Source: Chrysomallon squamiferum (taxonomy: Eukaryota; Animalia; Mollusca). From it: a stretch of 64,000 bases of DNA. Below, piece by piece: positions 40,482 to 55,500 of the stretch (positions are counted from its first letter, which is position 1; every line of letters starts with the position of its first letter). The position numbers were made by a program, and so were the translations under genes. The stretch spans positions 3,224,001-3,288,000 of the forward strand of contig CM022676.1 in the NCBI GenBank assembly GCA_012295275.1. The letters are read 5' to 3'. The notes below the pieces were generated by a model. That model did not search any database, had not been told where the DNA came from, and saw only the letters and a program-made list of their open reading frames with translations.

Positions 40482-41707
40482 GAAGTTAAGACAAAACATA
40501 AGTGGAAATGGACTAAAAGCATATGTTCGTCATGAACATAAAATACTATTTATAAGAATAAATCAGAAATGTCAACAGAAGTAACAATCTGCAAATCAAA
40601 ACAAAAACTGATATCCATAATACATTTAAGCCAAGATTAAGTTATTTACAAACCTGCTTAGTTTAAGAATATAATGACTAAATTATTGATAGAAAACTGC
40701 TTTGTCATCTCTGATCTATATTTTTAATAACAGTCATCTCAACAAATGTTTTATAAATGATGTATTACTTAATAGGACACTCTAACTGCTTTAGAACTTT
40801 GAAGAATTTTATATTTATAGTCTAAACTTTAATGTTTGTGCATACAATGAAGCCATATTGTCAAGTATTAACTACTGTAATTTAGGAATGAAAAACTGAT
40901 TAAAGAAAAAGATGACAGAAAGATATTTGTGTTTGGTTTTGTGTTTGAGGTAATTGTTGCAGTTTTATTAATGGCAGTAACAGAACTGAAGAACACAAAA
41001 AAAAAGAAGAAAAAATTAACGAGTTAACAAATGAATAATTTTTATAAAAAGAAAATCTTATTAACGTTTCACTGCAATGAATGAATTAATGAACTGAATA
41101 AAATGAATGAAATGAGAACATTACTGATGCTAAATGTTAAAAAAAAATTAAAAGAAAAAAAAAGAAAAAGAAAATGTGAATCAATGAAACTTTCTATAAA
41201 TGCATCAACCTTTACCTCCAACAACCACATGAACTAAAAAAAAAAAGAAAGAAAAAAGTAAAGATTTTACATATATTTTTTAAATGTTTTTAATGTTTTA
41301 CATATCAAATTGTAGGTTCAACAAATAAATGAATACCCAAACAAACAAATGGTATGTCATTTATCTAAATTATTAGTTCTAGATATCAATCATTCATCCA
41401 GATCACTGAATGACACAAATACTCAGTATTCTCTATCAAGATTACATTAAGGAGAAAGAAAAAGAAAGAAACTAAAAATAAAAAGTCCACCTGAAAACAA
41501 AAGGCAGACACAAAGCCATCTCTATTACAAATTACTCTGTGAAAGTATGAGGGGGAAAAAAAGAAAGAAAGGAAACATGAAAACAAAAGAACACACAAAA
41601 GAAACGACAAGCCGATATCAATAATAATCTATTCGAGCCAAGACGCCTGACAGCAGAGACAGAGAACTGTTTATTGATGAACACTGACTGAACTAAGACT
41701 GGCCAAA

Positions 41708-41723
41708 CTGTCTGTCTGTCTGT

Positions 41724-41776
<53 letters not shown>
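41708..41776. repeat. (TCTG)n/(TG)n microsatellite
   Basis: Direct reading. Confidence 0.9.
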
Positions 41777-41779
<3 letters not shown>

Positions 41780-44700
41780 GAGAAAGAGTCTGTCTGCGTC
41801 TTGGAGTTAGTTAATGCAAGCAATGATATGGGCCTTAATGTGGGTCAGAGGCAGATATGTGCATTTAAAAACAACCTTTTGTCAATTCAACTGTAAAATG
41901 TCTCTGTCATATTAAATAGTGTTTTAAATTTCCTTTATAGTTCAGCTGTGAAATTTATCTGTCTGTTTTACTGGCATTTCAAATTTATGTTTTAAATTTT
42001 CATTTTTTTGCACAGCTATAAAAATTAGTCTGTCACTGTGGGTTTTTTTAAAATAGTGTTTTCAAATTTCTTTTTTTATTTAAATTGTAAAAACAAAAAA
42101 ATGTATTTGTTTCACTGGCATTTCAAATTTCTTTTTTTTTAAATTATATTTTTTGTACAAATGGCTTGTTAAAATAGTTTTCAAATTTCTTTGTACTCAA
42201 ATTGCTAAATTTATATTTAAAATTTCTTTGTACTCAGATTGCTAAATTTTTATTATAGTAATAACAGCATCTTGTTCTATTTTATATTTATTTTCATTTT
42301 TTTTTTTTTTTTTTTTTTTTTTTGTCATTTAAGCTGTCTTATCTTACTGGTATTTTATAATAATATTTCAAATATCTTTTCTCAAGTTGTACAATCTGTG
42401 TCATGCATCTGCTAAAAGAAATTAAAAAAATTCTTTGCATTTAAATGTAAAATATCTGTCATAAAAGTTTTTACAAATGTGTTTTATTGACTTTTCTAAT
42501 TTATGTTTTAATTTATTTCAGTTCAGCAATAAAGTCTTCGTGTAATGGCTTCTTCAAATAATGTTTTAAAATGTATGTTTAGTTCAAAGTCAGAAATGTG
42601 TCTCTAAGTTTCTTTTTTAAAACAGTGGTTTGATCTTTGTTTTTAGTTCAACTGTAAAATTTATCTTAATGGTCTTTTAATATGGTTTAATTCCATATTG
42701 TTCCAGACCTTAACTTTTTTCTCTTTTTTATTCCCTTTAGTTATAAAAATCTGTGTCTGTTTTAAAATATTTTTAATTTGATTTTAAATTCTCTTGCAGT
42801 TCATCTATTAATATCTTGTTTATTTTATTTTAAATATACATTTTTTAAATTACCTAGAAAGACCTAGTGTCTATCTTTCTTTCCAAACCATGGCTTTAAT
42901 TATTATTTATTATTTATTACTGCATTTTACTATTTTGTTTTTTTAATAACATGTTAATGTTTCATTCTAACAACTTTTATTATTTCCCAAAATAGTAGTA
43001 GTAGTAGTAGTAGTAGTATTAATATTAGTGAGTGTGATGTAAAGTAAATTAATTCTCTAATGTTAAATATTTATTATTTGTTTTGTTTTGTCAATTTATA
43101 TTTTGTATTTTGTTGATTATAAATGATTCAGAAGCATAAAATGTTACAAACTGAACTAAAATGATATAAATAATTACAATGAACAAGAAAATTTCATTAA
43201 ACTATTTTAAATAACAAATGTGATAAATAAGGAAATAAATATTTGTAAATCTCTCTCATGTTTTTAATTATTAATATACTTATTTCTTTTACTCTTCTTT
43301 TTCCTCTTGTTTTTCTTATTATTATTGTAATCATCATTATCATCACTATAATCTTATCATTTTTATGAAACAATATTTATAAAAATAAATTCAAAAATTA
43401 AAACAAAGAAGCTTTTCAAAACATTTTAAAAAAAAAAGAAGGGGAAAAAAAAGTAAAGGAAAACAAAATGATGGAGTGAAATATAAAAACTGAACAATCC
43501 CAAATTCAGAGATATTTTTAAACCCTCTCAGACAGGATTATCCCAGTGAATTATCCACGTATTACTGGAATCCTAAGATCACGTCTGCTGCGAGAACACG
43601 TGGCTTGCATAGCAGACGTTACAGTTGCACTAGAAAGGCAGGCAGACAGACTGGGAACAACAGCAGACACACATATCCCACAATACACTGGGGCTTATAG
43701 TCTGCAGACTGTTAGCTAACACATGAACTGCCAACAAACAAGTGGGACACCTCAATTGAAAAACTAATAGGCTTCTGATTGGCAGTTGCTATGACGACAG
43801 GTGAGCCCACTGCCTGACCTCTGACACTGTTCCATAATACCGCCCTATGCTTGTAGACTGAGTCAGTCACTACCTGTAATGTTTGACCTAGTAAGCCAAA
43901 TGTACACTGTAAAAATCTCAACTGTATGTCTTTCTCACAAATTATTTTCACTGAGTATATAATATCAGAATCATTCATTTTTTGTTTTCTTTCTTTCTGA
44001 ATTAATATTTAATATCTATTTATTTATTTTAATTACAATTTATGTCATTGTTATTGTTATTATTATTATTATTATTATTATTTTAAAATGTTTTACCACC
44101 ATATTAAAATTATGTTATTTCCTCACATCATATATAATAGATATTACAAATCTTTCCAATATTCTTAATTTTTTGAAATAATTTAAAAATATACTTCGTT
44201 TTTTTCTTAAACAGCAAACCAGAAAAGAATTAATAAAAACTAACAGTAATAATAAAAATATAAAAAATTATGAAACAATAAGAAAAAGTTATTATAATTA
44301 TTATTTTTATTATTATTATAAATATGAATAAATTCATAATTTTAACAAGTAATCTTAAGCATTTTCTGTGTTTTTTATAATTTAATTCATTTGGGAAAAT
44401 AATTATGATAATTTCATGTCATATTTTGGGGAACTGATAAATAATAATACAGATAAAAGAAGGACAATTTAATAATTTAAAATATATTTTTACTAAATGA
44501 TTACCAATGATAAAACTTGCTAATACCATAACATACATTTGACGAATTCCTAAAAACATTATTATTACTATTATTATTATTATTATTATTATTATTAAAC
44601 TACTTTTAATCAGATTTACGTCACATATTTAGGAGAATGTTTGAAATGTTTAACATTGCCAAATTCAAACCTATCTGTGTAAAATATGACTTAGAACTGG

Positions 44701-45566
44701 AAAATAAAAATAAACTCTCTAAATTAAGCAATGCTGGCATGACAGATAAAAAACCTTCAACATGAAATCTCCAATGAAGAATGGAAATGAAAACATGCAG
44801 GCAAGGAGCTGGCACATTTTCAAACTAAGAAGATTATGAATTAACAACAAGTGTCACTGTTAATAATGGAATGGATAGATACATAGTTGTTTTCTTTTTT
44901 AGAAGGATGTTTTTCAAATGTTACATATTTTTATACATTGAAAGTCAAGAAAAAAAAATAAGAAAGAAAGAAAGAAAAGAAAAAATAAGTGAAGAAAGAT
45001 ATGTCTACTTAAAAATGTGTTGAACAATCCAGGAATACCTTGCTACAAAAATATTATTTATAAGAAGAACTTCACAGAATAAATAAATAAATAAATAAAT
45101 AAATAATAACATAAAAAAAAAATAATAATAATAATAATAACAACAACAAATGTTAATAATTTGGTTAAAGTTTATCAGTGTATAACGAAAAAATAAAAAT
45201 TAAAAATTAAAAAAATTGGCAATAAATCTTTCAAACTTATTTATTTATTTTACTTTATTTGTGTAAAAAATCAAGTAAACTGTGTATGAAGACATCCTAC
45301 ATGAAGCAGACACATGATAAATATAAAAATCATAAAGGTAGTCCCAACACTGTGTCTACCAATCAAGACTTGTGACAGTTATCGCCCATGCACTGAAAAC
45401 GCATCTCCAGTGTGGCGTGAGTCAGCACCAGCCAATCAGAAGCGAGACTGAGGTATCAATAAAACAGCCCAGTGCCAAACTCATGTTTATGTAGCAGATA
45501 CCAGCACCGCGACAACAACGGGCTGTTTAAACTGCGCCACCTAGTGTACGTTTTTTTTCTTCTTCT

Positions 45567-45599
<33 letters not shown>

Positions 45600-48274
45600 A
45601 AAGCAAGACAGAGGCTTTCGTCTGAACGTGATATCCTGGTGCAGAGGCCTTGTTTCTGAGTGCATAGCCATTTCAAATAGTTTCTGATCAATACCAGTGA
45701 CTGGCTCTGCTTGAGAGGGCCTATGTCCTCGTTTTAGACTGCACTGTCGTATCAACACTGCTTTTATTGTGATCACGCACACCACAATGTTAGAAGTTTC
45801 AACATAAACCCTTTCTTTTTATTCTTTTCCTTTTTTTTGTTATTTTATTATCATTATTATCATTATTATTATTATTAAATTAAAAATATGTGCCAGGATT
45901 TGCTGTGTAACAAATTTTATTTTTTTAATTTGATAGAGTTAGTGATGTAGTATCAACACTGGTTTCATTGTAATCAAGAACACTAGAATATTATAATTTC
46001 TTTTTTTTTTTCTTTTATTATTTTTATTATTACTATTAAATTAAAAAGAGGTTCTAGGATGTCTGTGTTATTAAATATTTAGTTTTATATTTAGCAGGTG
46101 TTAGTAATGTCATATCAACACTGGTTTTATTTACAGTGTCAGTACACTTTTTATTTACTTTTATTACATCTTTTTTTTTAAGGGTTATTTTTTTTTTTTT
46201 TCTTGTTGCTTTTTCCGGTTTCTCCTATTTAAAATATAATAAATTTAATTTTTATTCATTATAAGAAGTACATGGTACTGTTTTCACAGCTTAAGTAACA
46301 TAGCATTTAATCAGTTTCATTAAGTAAAAATATACATGTTTTTCCATCTAGGATGTAATAAAATTTTATTTTAATTTATTTTTGTTTGTTTTTCCTTAAT
46401 TAACATGACATATAAAAACCAATCTGTTTTTTTTTTTTTATTATATTCTTTGTTGTTGAACTAAGTACACAAACTAATGTCTGCTATTACATTTTAATAA
46501 ATATACATTTGTATTATATAATTTATAATTTCTTCATTTAATTAACATAAAAATCCTATTGATTTTTGTTCTTTAAGAACTACTAAATGCTTTGTAAAGG
46601 AAAATAATTAAACAGTAAAATCACTTCACCATGTTTTGTTTACAGATATTTCTGGGGAGGGGCAAGACAGATGCAGAATTATTTGATTTATTATTGTGTT
46701 TTTATCTTTTCCCCATCTACAGATTATTGTCTGTAACTATATATTATTATTTCACTTATTTGTTTTTCTTCTCTTTTTTTTCTCCCTCCTTTCCCATCAT
46801 TTATTTATTTATTTATTTCACAAAGTCAAAATAGGGAATCTCACCTTTACTGAAATATGATTTTTCTTTTCCATTTCTGTTTTCTTTCTTTTGAATTATT
46901 TTCAAAACAAATAAAGTTTACTATACAAAACTGTTATCTGTTTCTGAAACTAGAGTCGACATTTCTAATAGACTGTTTCTTATTTTTCTTTAATTTTGTT
47001 TGCTCTATTTGTTTTTTTATAATATTTTTCAAAACAGTTAAAATTTACCATACAAAAATGTAATCTGTTTCTGAAACTAGAGCTGACATTTTTATTTCTA
47101 TATAAACTTAAAATCAACTTCCAACATTTTGCTTACATCATTTCCTCATTTTTTTCTTTCTTTTCATCTTTTATGTTTTGTTTTCTTTTAATCACTTTTT
47201 CTTTTTCCTTTTAAACTTGAAATTTTTGTTTTTACTTATACGTATTCTCTTCTTTTATTTTTATTCTTTTTTATTTTTATAACATGTTTTTATTTTATAA
47301 TTTTTATTATCTCTTTCACTTTGTTAGCATTTGTTTGTAAATGGATTAAATTATTAATATAATAGAAAAACCGGCTGAATTATCTTTAAAAAAAAACAAG
47401 ACAGCCACATCATCTTAGATTACAAACCAAACAGAGAAAACACTGAGCTCATTTAAAACACTAACTCACAGTACAAAAAAAATAAAATAAAATAAAATAA
47501 AATAAAATAAACATGACCAGAATAATGATAAGAAGAACAGGAGGAGTAGAAGAATGAATATAAATGTGTCTGCGCATTTCTTGAAAATTACCTATTTCTT
47601 TTCAGAAACTATTCATTAATTTTAAACTACCTGTCTACTAAATAGCCAAATAATAATTTTAAAATATCCACATATTTCTTATAAAATAAATAATTATAAA
47701 TAACTTGGTTTTAATAGTAAACTTTTTCATAATTTTAAAATTACCCTTAGATCAAAATTGTATTTTATAAAACTCTCATTAATAGTTTTCAAAATGTCAG
47801 TGTATTCATAATTTTGAAATATTTCAACATATTAAGCAGGTAGACATAAATCTAGACCAAATGTTACTCAGTGTAACAGTAAATGTGTTACACACAATGT
47901 TACATCACAACTAACTATTCTGTACTGAATATATTGTAACCATAATACTAAAATATATAAAATTTATAAATTAATAAAACAAAATTTGTGACACTGTATT
48001 TAACATTTGAGGAGTCTTTGGAACTGAATATGAAATAAAAAAACAGATTCATGAGAATTAATGTAAAATCAAAGTAACCAATCTTTGCAACTGAATGTAA
48101 CACCGTAACAGTGAAAATTTAAAACTGAACATAACTCTAAAAAAAACATGTAATGAAAACCCTGTATGAAGCACATAACATGCACTGCAGCATTAAATTA
48201 AGAATGTTAAATGAAATAAATATTTCAAGTAATTGTAATAAAATTGTCTGTGACACCTGCCAAATTTCACTCAC

Positions 48275-48325
48275 CTGTAACTATTCACACCTGTCATGTC
48301 TGGACTGTGTTCTCCACACCTTTAT
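48275..48325 (-). other. Candidate 51-nt non-coding exon
   Basis: tatttgttttgttttag|ATAAAGG...GTTACAG|gtgagtg: strong acceptor and consensus donor. Stops in all three entry frames. Confidence 0.5.
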
Positions 48326-48447
48326 CTAAAACAAAACAAATAATACTTTACAACAACAATAACAACAACAATAAAATCATTAATTACCATGATAATCCTA
48401 CTATATAAGAGATATAGTAAACAAATAATTAATTAAAATTAACAGAC

Positions 48448-48478
<31 letters not shown>

Positions 48479-49289
48479 TGTTACTAACAATAAAAAAACA
48501 ATATTATACAAGCTTATTTTTTAAAGTAAACTTTTACTTTAATTATTTTCAAAAAAAAAGAAGTCATTCTGGACTCTAATTAATTGTACAACACACACAC
48601 ACACACACACACACAGAATATACTTTTACATAATTTTATGTTACATTTTACTTGCTTTTGTTTTTACATGTAATTTATTATTATTAATATTATATATACT
48701 GGTAACAGCAAACCATGACAAAAACATTTAGCAAATTTTCTTTAGATGGTTTTATTTGTTGTAGGACATCAACCTTTCCTAACAATAAAGCATGGCAGTA
48801 ATATAAAACCAATACTCAAAGAAGCATGGATGCTGTCATTTTTCTTTCTTTCTACTTTTTTTTTTTTATTATTATTATTTTTTTATATTTGTACAAAATT
48901 CTACAACAATTTGTATAAGCAAAGCCAAGGTTCTAAATGGAAGAAAAGCAAAAGTTTTATTTATTCAAAGTACCAGTGATCATACCTCTAACTTTTATCA
49001 AGGAATAACCTCAAACACAAGAACAACCTTGTGCTGAAAAAAAAACCAGCAAGCAGCCAGCAGGACATCAAAGGGTTAAACCCAGCAAAAGGTTAACTTG
49101 GACAGTTGTTTTTATTTTTTAGTTTTTTATATATATATATATATATATATAGACATGTTTTTAAAAAAAAAATCCTCACAGAACTGCCACTAATATTTCA
49201 CAGATGTGGACACGCCCCAGGCAATGTACACATAAACATACAGCGTGCTGCTGACACAAACCACCAGGACACCAGCAACAGTAACAGCC

Positions 49290-49590
49290 AAACTCCTCCC
49301 TGCCAACTAATCAATTACAAAGATTCAGTTACAGTTAGTTACTACCTCATCAATTACAGTCTCATAATGACCCCCATAGGGAGCCGCTGAGCCCCTGAAG
49401 AGCCCCCGGATTAAAGATCAAGTTGTTCGGACAATAATTTACTCTAATTCCTTAAGGTGATAATTGAGCCGTCTGTCATGTTCGGTCAAGCGTGTAATCA
49501 TATCGCACGTCTACAATCAGTCCACTTGAGTTTATGACTGACCCGAGGTCACGAGCTGACCATAACACGCTCTCATACACTTAAACCCCT
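49290..49590. promoter_or_regulatory. Motif-dense candidate enhancer
   Basis: TAATCAATTA 49308, GGATTA 49408, ACAAT, TAATTG, CTGTCA, CACTTGA 49523, TTTATGA 49531, and TGACCCgAGGTCAcgagcTGACC 49539-49561. CpGs retained. Confidence 0.45.
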
Positions 49591-50185
49591 TTAACAGTGG
49601 ACAGTGCTCTACAAGTGGCTGCCTGAAGCAAAAAAAAACTTAAGTGATAACAACAGAAGAAAGAAACGACATTTGTTACAGAACTAGCTTTTGGTGTTAC
49701 AGGTCACATGATCAATCCCACTTAGCCACAGGTCTTTTTCCTTTTCCAAACACTGCCCAACAATAGGTAGTCACAAGGCTGTACTGTGGAAAAATGCTAA
49801 TAAAAGACCTGTCAGTGCTATGGTAATTTATGCATGACATTAAGGTCAGAAATATTAAATTATTTTATTAAATTTATTAGACAATGACAGGAAATCAATG
49901 TTCTCTGAAGCTCCTGGGGACCAGCTCATACACAAAAGCTGTTATTTACAAGAACATAGAGACAACTGTTCTGCATGTGTGTAATTAAACACTTTAAAAT
50001 GAATGAAAATTACAGGAGAAGCTGTGTCCAGCCCTTCTCAAACTTCATCCAAGTCTGACACTTGTTATTTCATTAAGTTTAAAATGAATTTCGTTTGATG
50101 ACAGAAATCGGTGTGATGTAAAACAGTGTTGCTGCTGTCATCACTGGAGCAGCATCAAGTGTAATACAGACTCCAGACACTGACC

Positions 50186-50222
50186 TCACTCACTCACTCA
50201 CTCACACTCACTCACTCACTCA

Positions 50223-50280
<58 letters not shown>
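50186..50280. repeat. (CACT)n(CA)n microsatellite
   Basis: Direct reading. Confidence 0.9.
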
Positions 50281-50284
<4 letters not shown>

Positions 50285-50674
50285 ACATATGTATACTTTC
50301 AAATACACACACACATACACAACATAAAGCCAGCCCTTCGCACAAACACATACTTACCCACACAGACTGTACAAAGATATGATATCATGACAGTTTACAC
50401 AGCTTATCAAAGTAAACAGCAGTTTGATTTTTACCAAAGAGAGATCCAACTGATACAAAATACCGTGTGTCTGCTGTTCTCAGAGGAGTGGCGTTAAGGT
50501 GGAGAAAGTCCTGGGTGAACCAGGATGTTTCGTACGTGATGTCACATCTACACATGATTCTCATTTTATACGTCTTTACTTCTCCACCGTTGTTGCAGTT
50601 ACTCTAGACATTTATTTTAATTACTTCCCATATGCAGATAAACAAGACACATACACATAAATACAAATACAGAC

Positions 50675-50715
<41 letters not shown>

Positions 50716-51901
50716 CACACATTAATCCTATTAATTCATTTTGCATTTGTTAAAAACTTATTTTACTGAAAGACTAAAAAAATTATCTTCAGTCTCAGGA
50801 ACAAAAATATTAAGCTTATTAACATTTAAATCTTTTGTGGAATAAAAAGAAAGAAAATAATATTGTTTTAATACAGAATTATAACTACATTATTATTCCG
50901 TCTGCAACTTAAACATCCTTTCTAAGTTGCTTAAAATTTAAACTAAAATAACTTGTTATTATGTTCTGTGAAATGATTATTGGACAAAGCAAATTACAAA
51001 TGCATTATGAATGCATACATAACATGATTATGATAAAGTGATTAAAACATATTTTTCAAAAAGCCAACAAAAAGATAAATAACTAAAGTAGCCCCTGAAG
51101 CAATCATTTCTGCAAGTCTTCTTTTCCTAATAATGCCAAAATGAAAACAGAGTTTAAGAATAAAGTGAGATCCCTAGATTTGTATTATTATTAATAATAA
51201 TAATAATAATAAAAGCATTAATAATAATAATAATTTAATGGTTACAAAAATAAGCTCATAACACAAATAACAATGCAAAAAGATAATTTTACATGTCTTC
51301 TATAGTAATAAAACTATGTAATTCAAACAGGCTAATAAAGACATCAACTGTAATTTATTCCAGCGTTTTAATTACACCAAACTCAAATTAAACTTCACCC
51401 TGAATTTCTCAGCTTACCAGACTAGTCATGTTTTTTGACTACAGAACAGAAACCTGATGTTTTAATGTGCTGCCAATGATACAAGACATTAATGTAAGTA
51501 AATACCCATCCTTTGTTGGGTTGGAGGGGGCTATATGCAACAAACTTCCAAGTCCCCCCATTTTGTAATTAAATCAAGTTTATACTACATATGTTACAGA
51601 ATACAGTGTAGTCACACACTAGTGTTATTCAATTCTAATTCGTTATTCAGTTACTCATTAACTGCAGTTTTGTATTCAGATGGAGAGAAAAAGCAATGAT
51701 AATGATACTTGTAGATGAAATTTAAAATGTCATTACTGTGTTGTTGTTATCATCATCACCATTAGAGAAAAAATATTATTACATCTGTCATAATTCATCA
51801 TCATTATTATTGTTACCATTATAGAAAAACTATTATTATATCTGTCATAATTCATTATTATCATCATTATTATTACAATTAATTATTACTGCTGTTATTA
51901 C

Positions 51902-51963
<62 letters not shown>

Positions 51964-52158
51964 TTTACTTACTGAATGCAATTATAATGACAAAAAAGAA
52001 ATTTTTTAGACAGTACATTTCATATCATGGCTTTTGATACACAACCATAGGGCTGTATCACTCTCTGCAAATGGGTAGACTAATGGGCCACTTAAGGAAC
52101 CTGCTCATGCGTATGGTTACATTTCACCTGAAAACCATTCTGTAACCACAAACCCATC

Positions 52159-52195
<37 letters not shown>

Positions 52196-52515
52196 AGCAG
52201 CAATTTCCATAATACCTCCTAACCACAGGCCAATCCTATAATCCACCAAATAATCAACTTTTATTACTTGTGGTGTTAAAAACCTATCGAGAAAGAACCT
52301 ATTTTTTATTCTGTCATGCTGAGCTTAAAAATCCCTGAAACCACAAAGAACAGCAAAGAACCACTCCTAGCAGAACCAACAGGGCTCCTACAGGCAGTGA
52401 ACAACCACAAATATGTCATGTATGTTGTAAATGTGATGTAAAGATACAGAAAAGATTGAATAAGACAGGCAATTTTCATGCACTTAATTTTTACTTGCAT
52501 TTTTATTTATTATTA

Positions 52516-52549
<34 letters not shown>

Positions 52550-55500
52550 ATAAAATAGATAATGATAATGTAAAATAATGGGTTGTTTTTTGTTTTTATT
52601 TCATATTTTAAAAATTTGTTTCTAATATTCTAATGTTTAAACAGTCCTTGAAAAAGATCAAACAATATGTTTTATAATGTTGGAGATTATTAAATAATAA
52701 AACAAGCAGACAACAAATGCATGTACAAGTATCCGTACGTACAGTGTACATAATCTCTCTCACACACACAAACACACACAAACACACACACACACACACA
52801 CACACCTTTATCATATAAATAAATCAAACTCAACAAGACCGACAAATGATTTAAAAATATTTTCTCTCAAACCTCAAACGACTATAATTACAATCTTCAT
52901 ACAGGAAATAAACGTACATAATTCATACAGCAAAGAGCTGAGGGCAAGGTACTTTTTATAACTACAGGCTGTTGGTATTATTCTATTCAGTACTCAGTAG
53001 CTCTTCCTAATGATCTGTTCGTTTATATTTAGCTGTGACATACATGACAACACAGTGCTAAAAAAGAACAAATTACACTGTCACTAAAGTAACTGGATTC
53101 TCAGCCTATGTCAGTGAGGATGTACTTCAGTGGGTTATTAAGCTGAAACGTCGCTAATATTTCTTATTAAAGACTTTCTTTTGTCTAATGTCTATCTCTG
53201 TATTATAAATTGTTTCTGTTTTATTTAATGTTTATCTGGGTGTTTTTTTTTTACTTTCTTAGATATTATAAATATTGTAAGTTTTTTGTATTTTTTAATT
53301 TAGATTGGGCTGTGGAGTACTGCCTGTCTTTAAACAGTTTTTTTCCAAGAGTAATATATTAAAATCACTGATTGCATTTTCAATCATTTATTAAAAGATC
53401 TATATACATGATTTGCGTACAAGTGTGTATCTGTAGGTGTTCAAGAGTGTGTGGATGTGTCTATTAATTCAAACACAGGTATACTGTGTATGTTGTGTTT
53501 GTGTGTGTCAATGTTATGTGCACATACACTTTCAGTCATGTTTGTATGTCCTTACATATTATACATGCACATGCTTTCACTTGTGTGCATGTGTATCTGT
53601 GTATGGATGGACATGAAATGATTTTACACATCTCCAGTGTCAGTGTATCTAAATAATAAGCTGATGAGAATGGAAACTAATAATCTGTTACCCTGCACAT
53701 GAAGCAGCAGTACTAGAAACACTGCCTATGATTTATGACCAAAGATAAAACCGTGAATTGGCAATATACTTCTATTCATTCCGTCACTCAGACAGTGTGA
53801 CAAGCAGACAAGTGATTTTAATGTGTACTTGACACACCTGTCACTTACCCACTAACCACAAAGAAGCCCAAACTGCCACTCCAGACTCACGTCTAAAAGA
53901 CACCCACTGATTCGGAAATGAGACAAACACTCGATGTTCACAAGCGGGGCGTGACGATTTGGAGGCAGTCAGCTGTGTCGAGGATCAAAATGAACAACCT
54001 CTACAGGGGTTCACATGGCCAGACAGACACAATTGTTTGTTTTTTTCATAACTTTTTTATGTTTCATTCATCTTTCTCCAACATACAGTATATACACACC
54101 TATACAGATTTACAGTTGGACATTTACATATATGAAATGCCTGCTTTATTTAATATATGCAGCCTTGTTCCTTTATTTGTACTCATAAAAATTTCATCTA
54201 TTGCCAAACATGGAAAAAATATCTTAGTGATCTATAGTTTTTTTTTTTTTTTACTTAAATCAATAGATGTTTTGTGTACCGAAAAATATAAAAAGAATAA
54301 GGTTATAAATATTAAGTAAAGGCATTTAAGATAAAAAAAAGAAGTGTTATAGATCCACATCTGTCATGTTTTGTTATTTAAAAGCAGACAATATTTCACT
54401 GATAAAAGAGAATCTGAAACTACTATCATATATCTCCACTCAAAAATCAGATACTTTGTTTATTTAGTAGAGTATAAAAAAACCAAAATCAACCAACATT
54501 TTGTTTATATATAAAAATAAAGTACTGAATATTTGGGCTTAGAAACCAGTCAGATTTAGTGTGATAAACAAATGATATAGCATTATAAATTATACTGTTT
54601 CTTGTTTTGTTTTTTTATTTAAACAGGAGGCAATATTTTGTTCATTATCAAAATGCTTCTCTATTTTAAACTGAGGCAGATTCTTGCATATGAGTAAGTG
54701 AAAATGTATTTATTTGAAAAAAAGGAAATATTTTATCTACCGATTTATTATGAGAATATTTTTCTCTGTTGAAAACTCGGCTAATAATTCAAACATGACT
54801 ACAGAAAATATGTCTGTTTTGTATGGAGCCAGTATTTTATCAACTAAATTTATTACAAGAATATTTTTCTGTATTTGAATAAGAGTAAATGAAAATATGT
54901 ATCACAACTTATTTTTCTTCTGAAATTATGAAATTAAAGTTCTCTGCTTAAAAAATAAAATAAAAAAGGCATCATGGCTAATTTTTTTTTTTTTTAAAGT
55001 GTTTCTGTTTAAAATAAAATCACATTTTCATTAAGGACAATTATAAAAAAAAAAAAATAATATTAAAAAAAAAAAAAAAAAAAAAATGTCTACATAAAAA
55101 TGAGCCAGTTAAATAAGAGGTGTTTTACAGCAGGTGTATTTTTAGCAGCGTCTGCTCGAGTTAAACACAGATACGCATCCAGCCGATTTGTTTACGGACG
55201 TCTGGCCACATCGGCAGCTACATCAACTCCTCTGTCAATCTGAGCCTACTGTCAGTTCACTTCTCTTGCAGGTGAGCTTTCCAATCCAAGCTTTAGCCCC
55301 ACATACACTCCAGACATAACTTATGTACATATACTTTCAACAACTTACAAACTATCATACCTTACCACTGTTCCACTGACCCACTTCTGTCTGTTTCGTG
55401 AGGCCAAGGTGAAAGGTGTCTGCCCTGCAAAGTAAAAATAAATTGTCTCTGAGAACAATAAGGGTGGTAGAAGAAAAATATTAATTACAGCTGTAACAGA

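Noticed and set aside
40393-40584. MDFIKGES-repeat ORF
   Set aside because: Product of a 24-bp tandem repeat with no gene context.
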